The position numbers and the translations under genes are program-made. From NCBI GenBank assembly GCA_964592525.1, contig CAZQFB010000004.1:1195-65194 (forward strand): DNA of 64,000 nucleotides. The letters run 5' to 3'. Below the pieces are notes generated by a model. The model did not search any database, was not told the DNA's origin, and was given only the letters and a program-made list of their open reading frames with translations. Below are positions 49,345 through 58,453 of the stretch, one piece after another (the first letter of the stretch is position 1; each line of letters starts with the position of its first letter). The DNA comes from an uncultured Candidatus Saccharibacteria bacterium. GTDB taxonomy: Bacteria > Patescibacteriota > WWE3 > CAZQFB01.

Positions 49345-50238
49345 ATGAAACGATTAGTTTTAGTTGATTCCCATTCTCTTATCCATCGAGCTTATCACGC
49401 CTTGCCTAAAACATTTATCACCAAAGATGGTAAGCATACAAATGCGGTGTATGGCTACACCCGCATGCTTTTAAAGGTAATTGAGGAGCTGAGTCCCGAT
49501 TACCTAGGAGCTACCTTTGATGCTCCTGGTCCCACCTTTCGTACGGAAATGGCTCCAACATACAAGGCTCACCGACCCAAAGCAGATAGGGAACTAGTGG
49601 AGCAGTTTGATTATGTAGATGAAATTGTAGACGCTTTGGGTATTCACAGAGTGAGGATGGGGGGATATGAAGCTGACGATTTAATAGCTACCATGACGAA
49701 AAGATATGGTGATGAGATGGAGGTTATAATCGTTACCGGAGATAACGATCTGATGCAATTGGTCACTGAAAACGTGAAGGTTTATTACCCAGTGAAGGGT
49801 ATATCTCAATCCCAAATGTATGGTGTTGAGGATGTGCGCAAAAAGTTTGATCTGGAGCCCTCACAGATTGCTGATTATAAAGCCTTGAGGGGTGATCCTA
49901 GTGATAATATCCCAGGGGTGGTTGGTATTGGCGAAAAAACGGCAGTGGAGCTTCTTAAAAAGTATGGGAGTTTGGAAGGAATATACAGAAATATTGAGGA
50001 TGTAAATGGAAGGACAAAAGAATTATTAGAGGGTAAGCGTGGCGCGGCGGAGTTATCTAAAAAATTAGCTTCCCTTGAATATGAAGTGCCGGTTAAAGAA
50101 AGCCCCCGTGACCTTACTATAGATCTGGAACCAGAAAAATATATCCCCATCTTGGCTAAGTATCAGTTTTTTTCTCTATTAAAACAATTAAGCGGTGAAG
50201 GGTCGGCAGAGAACAAAGACCAATTGAGTTTGCTCTAA
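49345..50238 (+). CDS. 5'-3' exonuclease (FEN / Pol I N-terminal domain-like)
   Basis: MKRLVLVDSHSLIHRAYHAL... Conserved acidic clusters (TFDAPGPTFR, GYEADDLIAT, VTGDNDLMQL) and H3TH (GVVGIGEKTAVELL). The start at 49345 is preferred. The track's extension to 49165 has a non-homologous N-terminus. Confidence 0.8.
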   Translation: MKRLVLVDSHSLIHRAYHALPKTFITKDGKHTNAVYGYTRMLLKVIEELSPDYLGATFDAPGPTFRTEMAPTYKAHRPKADRELVEQFDYVDEIVDALGIHRVRMGGYEADDLIATMTKRYGDEMEVIIVTGDNDLMQLVTENVKVYYPVKGISQSQMYGVEDVRKKFDLEPSQIADYKALRGDPSDNIPGVVGIGEKTAVELLKKYGSLEGIYRNIEDVNGRTKELLEGKRGAAELSKKLASLEYEVPVKESPRDLTIDLEPEKYIPILAKYQFFSLLKQLSGEGSAENKDQLSLL

Positions 50239-50339
50239 AGTGCTCTTATATTTTATAACCCATAACCTAAACTGCTAGGTGATAATTAAACAGGCTGTGG
50301 CTTTTAGCTTTAAGCTGTAAGTTATGTTTTAATCGTTTT

Positions 50340-51449
50340 ATGAAAGTAGCGCTAGTGCACGATTATCTCAAGGAATTTGGAGGAGCAGAGCAGGTTCTTT
50401 TAGCTCTTGGCGAGCTTTTTCCCCATGCTCCTATCTACACGTCCTTCACTACCCCGCAGTTTCTTGATCAGCACCCAGAGTTTAAGGATAAAACCATCCG
50501 CCCCACCTTTCTGCAAAAAGTGCCTTTAGTAAAGCAGTTTTCTAAACACTATACCTTTATGTACCCGTTCGCATTTGAGCAGTTTGATCTGCGTGAGTAT
50601 GATTTGGTTATTTCGGATTCGGCTTGTTGGGCTAAGGGAGTGATCACTTCACCGCATCAGAAACACATCAGTTATATTCTGACCCCACCTCGGTTTCTGT
50701 ATCACTACACTGGTGAAACTGATCGTCGTTCACTTTGGCTATTAAAACCGTTATTAACACCTTTGGATACTTACTTACGGATTTGGGATTACCAAGCAGC
50801 GCAGCGAGCTGATTGTGTGGTGTCAATTTCGCAAACCGTGGCTAAGCGGGTACGTAAATTCTACCAACGAGATTCCGCTGTGATCTATCCGCCAGTGTTA
50901 GTGCCAACAGAGAGCCCCAGTTCGGTTAGGGGTGATTTCTATCTGGTGGTTTCACGTCTAGCCAAATATAAAAATATTGAAGTGGTGATAGCAGCAGCTA
51001 ACAGACTACGAGTACCCTTGAAAGTAGTGGGCATAGGTAGAGAAGAAAAGCGCTTGAGAGAGCTAGCTGGCAACACTGTGGAGATGTTGGGGTTTGTATC
51101 ACCAGCAGAATTAGCTAATTTGTACCGATCCTGTAAGGCATTGATTTTCCCCACCCTTGATGAGGATTTTGGCATCGTGCCTGTAGAGGCAATGGGACAT
51201 GGTGCGCCAGTGATTGCGGTTAAATCTGGTGGGGTGAGGGAAACAGTAGTGGCCGGATTATCTGGTGAGTTTTATTCTCCTGGTACTGTGGCGGAAATGG
51301 TCAACAATCTCATCACGGTGTTGGAACAATTTGATGGTAAAAAGTATCCGGCGCAGACTGTAAGTCAACAAGCAAATAGATACAGCCGTGAACGCTTTAT
51401 CAGCGAATTTAATCATTTATGTACTGTAGTGATGAAGGAGGTAATTTAG
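50340..51449 (+). CDS. glycosyltransferase family 4 (GT-B, group 1)
   Basis: C-terminal EDFGIVPVEAMGHGAPVIA (the E-x7-E-like motif of GT4). Confidence 0.75.
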   Translation: MKVALVHDYLKEFGGAEQVLLALGELFPHAPIYTSFTTPQFLDQHPEFKDKTIRPTFLQKVPLVKQFSKHYTFMYPFAFEQFDLREYDLVISDSACWAKGVITSPHQKHISYILTPPRFLYHYTGETDRRSLWLLKPLLTPLDTYLRIWDYQAAQRADCVVSISQTVAKRVRKFYQRDSAVIYPPVLVPTESPSSVRGDFYLVVSRLAKYKNIEVVIAAANRLRVPLKVVGIGREEKRLRELAGNTVEMLGFVSPAELANLYRSCKALIFPTLDEDFGIVPVEAMGHGAPVIAVKSGGVRETVVAGLSGEFYSPGTVAEMVNNLITVLEQFDGKKYPAQTVSQQANRYSRERFISEFNHLCTVVMKEVI

Positions 51450-51450
51450 C

Positions 51451-52263
51451 ATACCAGAACTACCGGAAGTGGAAACAATTCGTCAAGATTTAAACAAAGC
51501 GGTGTTAGGTGCCACTATTACTGGTTTGACTTCCAATTGGTCAAAAAAAGTAAAGCCTTCTCTTCAGGGTGTGCAGCAGAGGGTGGTGGGTAAGAAGATT
51601 ATGGGCATTGATCGCCAAGCTAAATTGCTAAGTATAGATTTGAGTGGTGGTGAGCACCTGTTGATTCATTTGAAAATGACTGGTCAGTTGCTCCTAAGAA
51701 ATCAGGAGGATAAAGCGGATAAGTATGTCCACCATATCATCCAGCTTGGGCATCGGGAATTAAGGTTTGCTGATGTCCGCAAGTTTGGTTATCTGCAGGT
51801 GGTTAACAGCGCCGAGAAAGAAAAGATCTTTGCTAGTTTTGGGTTGGATGTGTTGGTTTCTAGAGCGGACATTTCAGTATTTTGCAAAATACTGCAGAAG
51901 AAGGTGGTGCCAATAAAAACAGCACTGATGGAGCAGACTCTTATTGCTGGGGTGGGTAATATCTATGCTAATGAAGCCTTATTTTTGGCAGGGATAAATC
52001 CCCTTAGAAAGTCTAAGACCCTCTCGGAAGTTGAAGTAACAAAGCTTCTTAGCTGCCTGAAAAAAGTGTTTAAGCAAGGTCTTAAATACCGTGGGGTATC
52101 GGATAGCACTTATGTGGATCTCTATGGCAAGCAAGGTCAGTTCCAAAATCACCTTAAGGTTTATCGCAAAAGAGGTGCGCCGTGTCCCCACTGTGGCGCA
52201 AAAATCATGTACCAGAAGCTCAACGGTCGGGGTACTTATTATTGTCAGTTTTGTCAGAAATAG
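51451..52263 (+). CDS. fpg: formamidopyrimidine-DNA glycosylase (MutM/Fpg), apparent AUA start codon
   Basis: Reading frame encodes (I)PELPEVETIRQDL..., matching the Fpg N-terminus MPELPEVE with catalytic Pro2. C-terminal zinc finger CPHCGAKI...YYCQFCQ. Only ATA precedes the Pro codon, after an in-frame TAA at 51442. SD AAGGAGGT sits 8 nt upstream. The track start (GTG 51469) would delete the catalytic Pro. Confidence 0.75.
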   Translation: MPELPEVETIRQDLNKAVLGATITGLTSNWSKKVKPSLQGVQQRVVGKKIMGIDRQAKLLSIDLSGGEHLLIHLKMTGQLLLRNQEDKADKYVHHIIQLGHRELRFADVRKFGYLQVVNSAEKEKIFASFGLDVLVSRADISVFCKILQKKVVPIKTALMEQTLIAGVGNIYANEALFLAGINPLRKSKTLSEVEVTKLLSCLKKVFKQGLKYRGVSDSTYVDLYGKQGQFQNHLKVYRKRGAPCPHCGAKIMYQKLNGRGTYYCQFCQK

Positions 52264-52369
52264 CCCCACTCTTTTTATATCGCATCTAAAAAATTTAATT
52301 TAAGGGGATTTATTTTAGTCAATGGAAAGCGACAGAAAGCTTAACCAGCCAGGGCTGGGTAAATGAGAA

Positions 52370-52402
52370 GGGCGGGTCGCCTTCGGCGACCCGCCCATTT
52401 TA
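52370..52402. terminator. strong GC hairpin GGGCGGGTCGCC-ttcg-GCGACCCGCCC, bidirectional terminator-like
   Basis: Perfect 11-12-bp stem with UUCG tetraloop. Sits immediately 3' of the minus-strand ORF 52404..52934 and ~100 nt downstream of fpg. Flanked by moderately T/A-rich tracts. Confidence 0.5.
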
Positions 52403-52403
52403 G

Positions 52404-52934
52404 CTAGGCTATCCTTCTCGCCTCTTTTCTTATCGTGTCGTAAAGAGCCGAGGTGAGGTATTCCCCCCACTTCTTCTCGGTCCGGAAACCGCATGCCTTG
52501 GCGGCGTCCGCTGCGCGCCAGAAGTAGCGCAGGGCGTTTTCAACCATCTTCTTGCCAATGTCGATTTCTCGATCAGTGGCGCGCCCCTCCTGCTCTCGCG
52601 CGAGGACCCGGTCCTGCTCCCGGATGACCTCCTCTACGTACAACGCTCTCTTGACGAGCTCCAGTTGCACGTCGCTTCTGGTTATGTCTTCCGGGAGTTC
52701 CCCGAACTCCCGGAAGAAGCGGTTGCGGTTGCGAGCCTCCCTTAGCTTTCGCACCGGCCAGAAGACCTTCCCCCAATACCAGGCGGTGAAGCGGAACAGC
52801 TTCGCGCCTCCTTGTATGGCGAGCGTTTCGTTCAAGGGCTTGACACAGATATACCATATCAAGCCCAGCAACGCGGGGATCGTTGCGCCAACGCTGATGC
52901 CGAGCATCGCCACCAACATAAGTTTCCAGTCCAC
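52404..52934 (-). CDS. hypothetical membrane protein (176 aa) in GC-rich island
   Basis: Two N-terminal TM helices then a charged region. The locus is much more GC-rich than its surroundings, and many overlapping ORFs in other frames are consistent with high GC. Confidence 0.4.
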   Translation of the reverse strand: MDWKLMLVAMLGISVGATIPALLGLIWYICVKPLNETLAIQGGAKLFRFTAWYWGKVFWPVRKLREARNRNRFFREFGELPEDITRSDVQLELVKRALYVEEVIREQDRVLAREQEGRATDREIDIGKKMVENALRYFWRAADAAKACGFRTEKKWGEYLTSALYDTIRKEARRIA

Positions 52935-53316
52935 TGCACTTCTCCTTTGGGGATTCGCCCCAGAGGTGCCAGATTCTCTGGCACTACGAGCAGAGGTTTT
53001 CTAGCCCCCGCACCGCGAGATTCGCTCGCAGATGGGGGAGAAGATAACAGACAATAAACCTATAGTCAAGGAGGTGGTTTTGTACCTGGCTTTTCTATTA
53101 AAGCGGTTGATTAATTTGAGCAACTACGCTTTTGTCATTTGAATATTGCTGATATACCGCTTTGACAAATCTTTATATGGAGATAGTTAATTTTGTGCAA
53201 AGTGTCTGTACTATTTTTTGTTTATCCTAATTAGCACCAGAAAGAGTGTGACTAATTCCAGCAACAGCTTGCTACTCTTACTGGATTTCGTGGTGCTTTA
53301 CACTTACACTACGGCT

Positions 53317-54384
53317 GTGCAGATAACTTCTCTCAAACTAACTAATTTCCGCAACCATGGTGACTTAGAAATAAACTTTAAGCAAAATAATACTTACGTG
53401 GTTGGTCCTAACGCAGTTGGTAAAACAAATTTATTGGAGGCAATAGCTGTGCTGACTAATGCTAAACCAATACGTGGTTCGCTGGAGGTAGAGCTAATTA
53501 CTGCTGGTGCCGACTATACACGCGTAGAAGGTCAGATTGTGAAAGATAATAGAAGCATTCCCTTAACTTTTTACTTAGAAAGGGGTGACGGTGCTAGAGC
53601 TCGTAAAAGGGTTTGGGTTAATCAGGTGGTCAAATCACAGGTTAAGTTTGCTGGTATTTTTCAAGTGGTTATCTTTAGACCCGAACAAATTGAGGTGCTA
53701 ACCCACTCTCCTAGTTACCGTCGTAAACAGCTGGATACAATGTTTATGCAATATGATAACAGTTACTTGATGGCAAAGCGTAATTATGATCGGGTAGTTA
53801 AACAGCGGAACCGGCTTTTGGAAGCAATTAGGGAATCAGGTAGAAATCAAGACACCTTATCTTATTGGAACGATAAACTACTTGAATATGGCTTGTTGCT
53901 ACAAGGCAAGAGAGCGCATTTTCTCAATTTCTTAACTAATTACTTTAACCACCAAGCTGGGGCTGTAGATCCAGCCGGTCAAAGCTTAAAAGTTAGTTAT
54001 CACAAAAGCAGATTAACGCAGGAACATCTGTTTGAAATTCAAGATAGGGAAATTGCTGCTCGGAGGACTTTAGTTGGTCCTCACTTGGATGATCTTCTTT
54101 TCACCCTTCAGGGTCGTGCTTTGGCTGATTTTGCCTCTCGTGGCGAGCAACGGTCGACGATGTTGTTGTGGAAGATGGCGGAGTTGGATTATTTGCAGGA
54201 GCAAACTGGACATCGGCCAGTTCTTCTTCTAGATGATGTTTTTTCCGAGTTTGATGAACAGCATCGGGAGAATGTCCTCAAACTTTTAGGGCAGCAACAG
54301 ACGATTGTGACCGCTACTGATTTGGCAAGGATAGATCAGGGTCTTTTGGCAAGTGCGGAAATAATTAGTTTGGCTAATTGTTAG
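53317..54384 (+). CDS. recF: DNA replication and repair protein RecF
   Basis: LKLTNFRNH...VVGPNAVGKTNLLEAI (Walker A) and C-terminal LLLDDVFSEFD (Walker B/D-loop). The GTG at 53317 gives a RecF-like N-terminus. The track ORF extends to the ATG at 53218 with a non-homologous extension. Confidence 0.75.
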   Translation: MQITSLKLTNFRNHGDLEINFKQNNTYVVGPNAVGKTNLLEAIAVLTNAKPIRGSLEVELITAGADYTRVEGQIVKDNRSIPLTFYLERGDGARARKRVWVNQVVKSQVKFAGIFQVVIFRPEQIEVLTHSPSYRRKQLDTMFMQYDNSYLMAKRNYDRVVKQRNRLLEAIRESGRNQDTLSYWNDKLLEYGLLLQGKRAHFLNFLTNYFNHQAGAVDPAGQSLKVSYHKSRLTQEHLFEIQDREIAARRTLVGPHLDDLLFTLQGRALADFASRGEQRSTMLLWKMAELDYLQEQTGHRPVLLLDDVFSEFDEQHRENVLKLLGQQQTIVTATDLARIDQGLLASAEIISLANC

Positions 54385-54567
54385 CAAATCACGAACATTA
54401 CTAATTACTATTAGGGTCTGTTAGGCTCAACCTGCTGATATGAACACAAGGTGTGGGAGGTTCGGTCAATCCTTAACCCCCACACACCTTGTCGGTTTCT
54501 AGTTACTTGCTTAACCAAGTACTTCTTGTCTTTTCTGATTTGCTGGGGTTCAATTACCCCCAAATCC

Positions 54568-54858
54568 TTATTTGGCTTTTTGGATAGCCTTTGTCAGAGC
54601 TCTTTTGATTTCACTCGCTATCTGACGGCTAAGCTCTGAAGGGCGGTGGGTATCAATTTGATCCCCGGTGATTTTTACTCGGTTTCTCTGTAGACAAGCA
54701 CCATTTTCGGCAAAGACGGCAACTTCCACTACCAGGTTGTATTTAGCCATCAGACCCTCCTTAAGGTGGGTGTCGTATTTGGTTGATACCCTTTTGCAGG
54801 GTAAGTTGTCAATTATCTTCTGGGTATCAAAAAAGGCAGTTGCCCAATAACTGGGCAA
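54568..54858 (-). CDS. hypothetical small protein
   Basis: ORF in a GC-elevated island. The likely product starts at the internal MAKYNLVVEVAVF... (~60 aa). No confident family assignment. Confidence 0.3.
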   Translation of the reverse strand: MPSYWATAFFDTQKIIDNLPCKRVSTKYDTHLKEGLMAKYNLVVEVAVFAENGACLQRNRVKITGDQIDTHRPSELSRQIASEIKRALTKAIQKAK

Positions 54859-54873
54859 CTGCCTGGCTCTTAT

Positions 54874-55224
54874 TTATTCTGCTACATGTCCAGTGCCCTG
54901 GCATTGGGGGCACCTTAGCCATTCGTAGCCTGGCTGGGCGGTTGGGTGGTAGGTGTACCCACGTCTGGTCCAGGAGCCCTTCTTGCAGGTAGAACAGTTC
55001 CAGGGGTATTCTGCCTCCTTGTTCATGTTACTAGCACAAATAACGGCCTCCCTAAGTTGGCTAAGGCTACACAGCAACAAGCGATATAGCGCTGCGAGGT
55101 CTGTGGTAGGTACTTCGCCACTTCCAACCTTGTTTGTGTAACTTGTTAGTTGTGCCTCCAGTTCTGTTGCTTGCTGTTGAGTATCCGCGAGGACTCTCTG
55201 GAGAAGGTTAAGGTCAAGTGCCAA
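54874..55224 (-). CDS. hypothetical protein with coiled-coil N-terminus and C-terminal zinc-ribbon (CxxC...CxxC)
   Basis: CSTCKKG...CPQCQGTG cysteine pairs. Lies in the GC-elevated island. Confidence 0.35.
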   Translation of the reverse strand: MALDLNLLQRVLADTQQQATELEAQLTSYTNKVGSGEVPTTDLAALYRLLLCSLSQLREAVICASNMNKEAEYPWNCSTCKKGSWTRRGYTYHPTAQPGYEWLRCPQCQGTGHVAE

Positions 55225-55376
55225 GCTGATTCTCCTTTTATGTTGAACTCGCCAAGCGGTTGTGTCTGATGTTAATACCCGCTGCTCTTTAATGCAACTG
55301 TGGGTGATCGGTTCTTTTGTGGGTGGTTATTTAAACGGATGAGCCCCGCACTTTCCCTGAAAGTGCGGGGCTCTGG

Positions 55377-55724
55377 TCAAGGACTGATAAGGTAGGCGTA
55401 TTCTGCTCCGTAGTACGCCTCAAAATAGGCTGGAGAGATTGTCCGTAATTGATGACAATCCGGTACTGAATAAGTCACTTGCTTGCCATTGGTGTTGACC
55501 GACCGGAAACAGACAAAAGGTCCTTTCGTGATCACAAACCGCTCAAGGTTAGGTGTTATCATCACATGATTGAGGGTTTCTGGTGCCGCGAGTTCGGTTT
55601 GTAACTGTGCTTGTTGGCGCTCTTCGTATCGTGTCGCTTGTCCAAATCCGAGCATCACCATTCTGACTATAACCGTGACGACTGCGAGTGAGACTGCGAT
55701 TGCTGCAACTTCGCGCTTGCTCAT
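55377..55724 (-). CDS. hypothetical membrane-anchored protein
   Basis: A start at MSKREVAAIAVSLAVVTVIV... (TM anchor) is preferred over the track start at 55817. Confidence 0.35.
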   Translation of the reverse strand: MSKREVAAIAVSLAVVTVIVRMVMLGFGQATRYEERQQAQLQTELAAPETLNHVMITPNLERFVITKGPFVCFRSVNTNGKQVTYSVPDCHQLRTISPAYFEAYYGAEYAYLISP

Positions 55725-55909
55725 TGTGATTCTCCTGTAGCTTGAAGTGCGCAGAGTACAAGTTGAGCAGATGATACTATTATAGTTAATTAAATACAAG
55801 GGGGGTAGGAGACTCATAGTTATTAAATAAAAGGAAGAACCCAGCTCTGGTTAGCCAAAGCTGGGTTCTCGGGTAGGTTGTGCTCCGACCGTATCTCCTC
55901 CTGTAGTGA

Positions 55910-57151
55910 CTACTTGGGGGAGAGCAGGAAAGGCAGGTACACTCTTACCGGGCTGTAATAAGGATCCGGCAAGGCGTTGGGGCAGGCTCGCTGGAAAGCG
56001 ACTTGCGGACCGTTCGTGCCCCTATATACCAAATCCATCAACCCGTCCCCGTTCAGATCCGGAGCCATAAACTCGTCCTGGTCAAGCCAATAGGGCAGTG
56101 GTCCGATGTCTTCTTGGTACCACTGGCCAGTACTGTCCTCCAGCCAACTGATTGAGTAGTTATTGACGATTACCAACTCGTCCTGACCGTCACAAGTCAG
56201 ATCAATGAAGGACATTCCCACAACACCAGGGGGTATTTCTCGAAACCACGAGGGTTTCAAGTGATCCCCTTCTTGGATGAAGGTATGGATGGCAGAATCA
56301 TTGCCACCATAGGCAATGACCACATCCAGAAGACCATCCTGAACTCGCCCTTCACCTGGTCCTGGTGCACTTAAATCAACCAGATAGATGGCTCGAGGTA
56401 GACCATACCACGGTCTATCCCTCTGATAATCTACCGGTTGGTCAAAACCACCACCAGGCAGACCAGCATAGACCGAGAAAACGGGGTTCTGACCCTGACC
56501 CCACATCACCACCAGGTCGCCCAAGCCATCTCCGTTGACATCACCAAACACAATCCGGTTATCACCGGCAGGGTGGCTATACATTCTGGTTACCTTTAGC
56601 TCGTTCCGGTTTGGATCAAATCGGAATACAGCCAAGTGTACCAGTACAGACCTTGGCCAGCTGGTCACAGCCAAGCCCCCAGGAAACACGGCGAGGGCAT
56701 CGGCAGCTACATCGGCGACGGTCCCAAAAAGGTACTTGTCGGCCCGACCAGACCACCATACTTGGTACTGGTTTCCACAAAAGACAACCACGTCGTTGTG
56801 ACCGTCTTGGTTAATGTCCTCGATTCCAAGCAGGGCCTTCTCGTGGAGCATCAACTTGGTATCCATGATGCTCTGGTGATAGACGCCCTCTTGGTGATCG
56901 AAGGTATGGATCTGGACATTGCCACCAGTTCGGCTGGTGGCGACCAGGATTTCTGGTTCGGGGTCAGTGTCCATGTTACCAATGGCTATGGACTTGTCCC
57001 ATGTGGCATCCATGTTAGCTAGCAGTGTCGGTTCGGTGAACCGATCACTTGGGATCCGGGAAATTGGGTCCCTTGCCTCCACAAGAGAGGGAAGGCTCAA
57101 AAGAACCCATCCCAGAACGATTACTACTGCGAACATTTGGAGACCGCGCAT
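55910..57151 (-). CDS. secreted FG-GAP/VCBS repeat protein (integrin-alpha-like beta-propeller)
   Basis: Signal peptide (MRGLQMFAVVIVLGWVLLSLPSLVEA). Repeated Ca-binding-like DxNGDGxxDLV motifs (DINQDGHNDVVV, GDVNGDGLGDLVV, DLNGDGLMDLV, DLTCDGQDELV). GC clearly higher than the genome background. Confidence 0.65.
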   Translation of the reverse strand: MRGLQMFAVVIVLGWVLLSLPSLVEARDPISRIPSDRFTEPTLLANMDATWDKSIAIGNMDTDPEPEILVATSRTGGNVQIHTFDHQEGVYHQSIMDTKLMLHEKALLGIEDINQDGHNDVVVFCGNQYQVWWSGRADKYLFGTVADVAADALAVFPGGLAVTSWPRSVLVHLAVFRFDPNRNELKVTRMYSHPAGDNRIVFGDVNGDGLGDLVVMWGQGQNPVFSVYAGLPGGGFDQPVDYQRDRPWYGLPRAIYLVDLSAPGPGEGRVQDGLLDVVIAYGGNDSAIHTFIQEGDHLKPSWFREIPPGVVGMSFIDLTCDGQDELVIVNNYSISWLEDSTGQWYQEDIGPLPYWLDQDEFMAPDLNGDGLMDLVYRGTNGPQVAFQRACPNALPDPYYSPVRVYLPFLLSPK

Positions 57152-57258
57152 TTGCTCCTCCTGGAAGCTTAGGCCCTCAATTGGGCAAGATACCTTCGAA
57201 ACAGGCGGTATTTTATCAGAGATTATTCAGCAAAGCAAACACTATGGGTTACTAGGAT

Positions 57259-57867
57259 TCAGATGATGTTTCCAAGGAATGTTATGCGGTGGATGGGGCT
57301 GACGCCATGCCTTTGTATTGCTTGGCAATGGAAGTTTGTGCCGTAGCCTTTGTGCTTATCAAAGCCATATTGTGGGTACTGTTTATGCATTTTAAGCATG
57401 ATGCTATCTCGGGTTACTTTAGCGATAATGGAAGCAGCTGCAATGGAGGCGACGGTACGATCACCTTTAGTGATACCTCTTTGCCTAGCGTTACTTATCG
57501 GTTTTAAGGTAAAGTGGTCTATAAGGTAGAAATCAATGGGTTCCCTTAAAGCGTCACAGGCTCTTAGAAAAGCTAGCTCATTCGCTGCCCTTATGCCCAG
57601 CTCGTCTACCTCCAGGTTGGAGACTTCACCTAAACCATATTTAACGTAAGTAGTTAGTTCCGTAAACAGTAACTCGCGACGTTTTGGGGTGACTAGTTTA
57701 GAGTCTCTTAGATAGGGGTGAACCACAAAATCTCTGGGTAGTATGACCGCAGCAGCCACTAATGGACCAGCTAAAGGTCCCCGACCAGCTTCGTCTAAAC
57801 CAACGACATTAGTGAAACCCTTGTGCCACAGGATGTTTTCGGCAATTAAGGTGGGGGAGATTTTCAT
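57259..57867 (-). CDS. rnhB: ribonuclease HII
   Basis: VGLDEAGRGPLAGPLVAAAV catalytic DEAGRG motif. ~200 aa. Confidence 0.85.
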   Translation of the reverse strand: MKISPTLIAENILWHKGFTNVVGLDEAGRGPLAGPLVAAAVILPRDFVVHPYLRDSKLVTPKRRELLFTELTTYVKYGLGEVSNLEVDELGIRAANELAFLRACDALREPIDFYLIDHFTLKPISNARQRGITKGDRTVASIAAASIIAKVTRDSIMLKMHKQYPQYGFDKHKGYGTNFHCQAIQRHGVSPIHRITFLGNII

Positions 57868-58071
57868 AGCTTCAAGATAGCACAGGAGGGAGCAAAAAAA
57901 TAAGTCCCAAGACGGATAACGGCAGCTAATAGTAAGCGATCCCGCAGGACAACTTTCCAGTTCACCATCATTAAATTGGACAAAATATCCTTAATGTTAT
58001 AGGATTTCGGCAACCGAAAGGAGACGGAAATCACTACCGAACTTGAGCAGCTGGTATTTGACCCCGACCAA

Positions 58072-58305
58072 GTGCAAAGGGTACGAAAGGTCATTGCGGA
58101 TGCCTGTTTGGTTGATGGCGGAGTTGGGGGTGGAGGAGCGCTTCTGTGGTTTGGTTGGTCTGACTGCTCACGGCTTGAGCGCTTCATGCTAAGAGAGGCT
58201 ATTGAGCGAACTTTAACAGAGTTAGGGTGGAAGTATCGAACCTTGTGGTGCGAGAATGGGTTTCTGGTCACCCTCCCGTCTGTTATTCTCTACCGTGGTA
58301 TCTAG
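58072..58305 (+). CDS. hypothetical small protein (77 aa), followed by intrinsic terminator
   Basis: GTG-start ORF ending 10 nt before a + strand terminator. The open frame extends further upstream without an ATG. No family recognised. Confidence 0.25.
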   Translation: MQRVRKVIADACLVDGGVGGGGALLWFGWSDCSRLERFMLREAIERTLTELGWKYRTLWCENGFLVTLPSVILYRGI

Positions 58306-58314
58306 AACACAACT

Positions 58315-58354
58315 CTCCCCGCTTGATTTGGCGGGGAGGGTTTACCTTTTATTT
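58315..58354 (+). terminator. intrinsic terminator: CTCCCCGC-ttgatttg-GCGGGGAG followed by GGTTTACCTTTTATTT
   Basis: 8-bp GC-rich stem plus T-rich tail on + strand, upstream of fic. Confidence 0.5.
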
Positions 58355-58453
58355 ACCGCATAATAATCTTATAATTACCGCAGGGGTTTGGTGGCAGGGA
58401 GTGCTCACTCATCCTGACCTTATGTTTGTAAGGGCGATAGCTTTTTAAGTTTT

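Noticed and set aside
52552-53057. Several overlapping ORFs in multiple frames (e.g. 52552..53004 +, 52573..52857 -, 52812..53057 +)
   Set aside because: Arise from the high GC content of this island (few stop codons). Arg/Ala/Pro-rich translations with no motifs. Only the 52404..52934 minus-strand ORF with TM helices is retained, at low confidence.
57864-58271. 135-aa minus-strand ORF upstream of rnhB
   Set aside because: Low-complexity P/S/T-rich sequence with no domain. The competing plus-strand frame is followed by a terminator. Not annotated as a gene.
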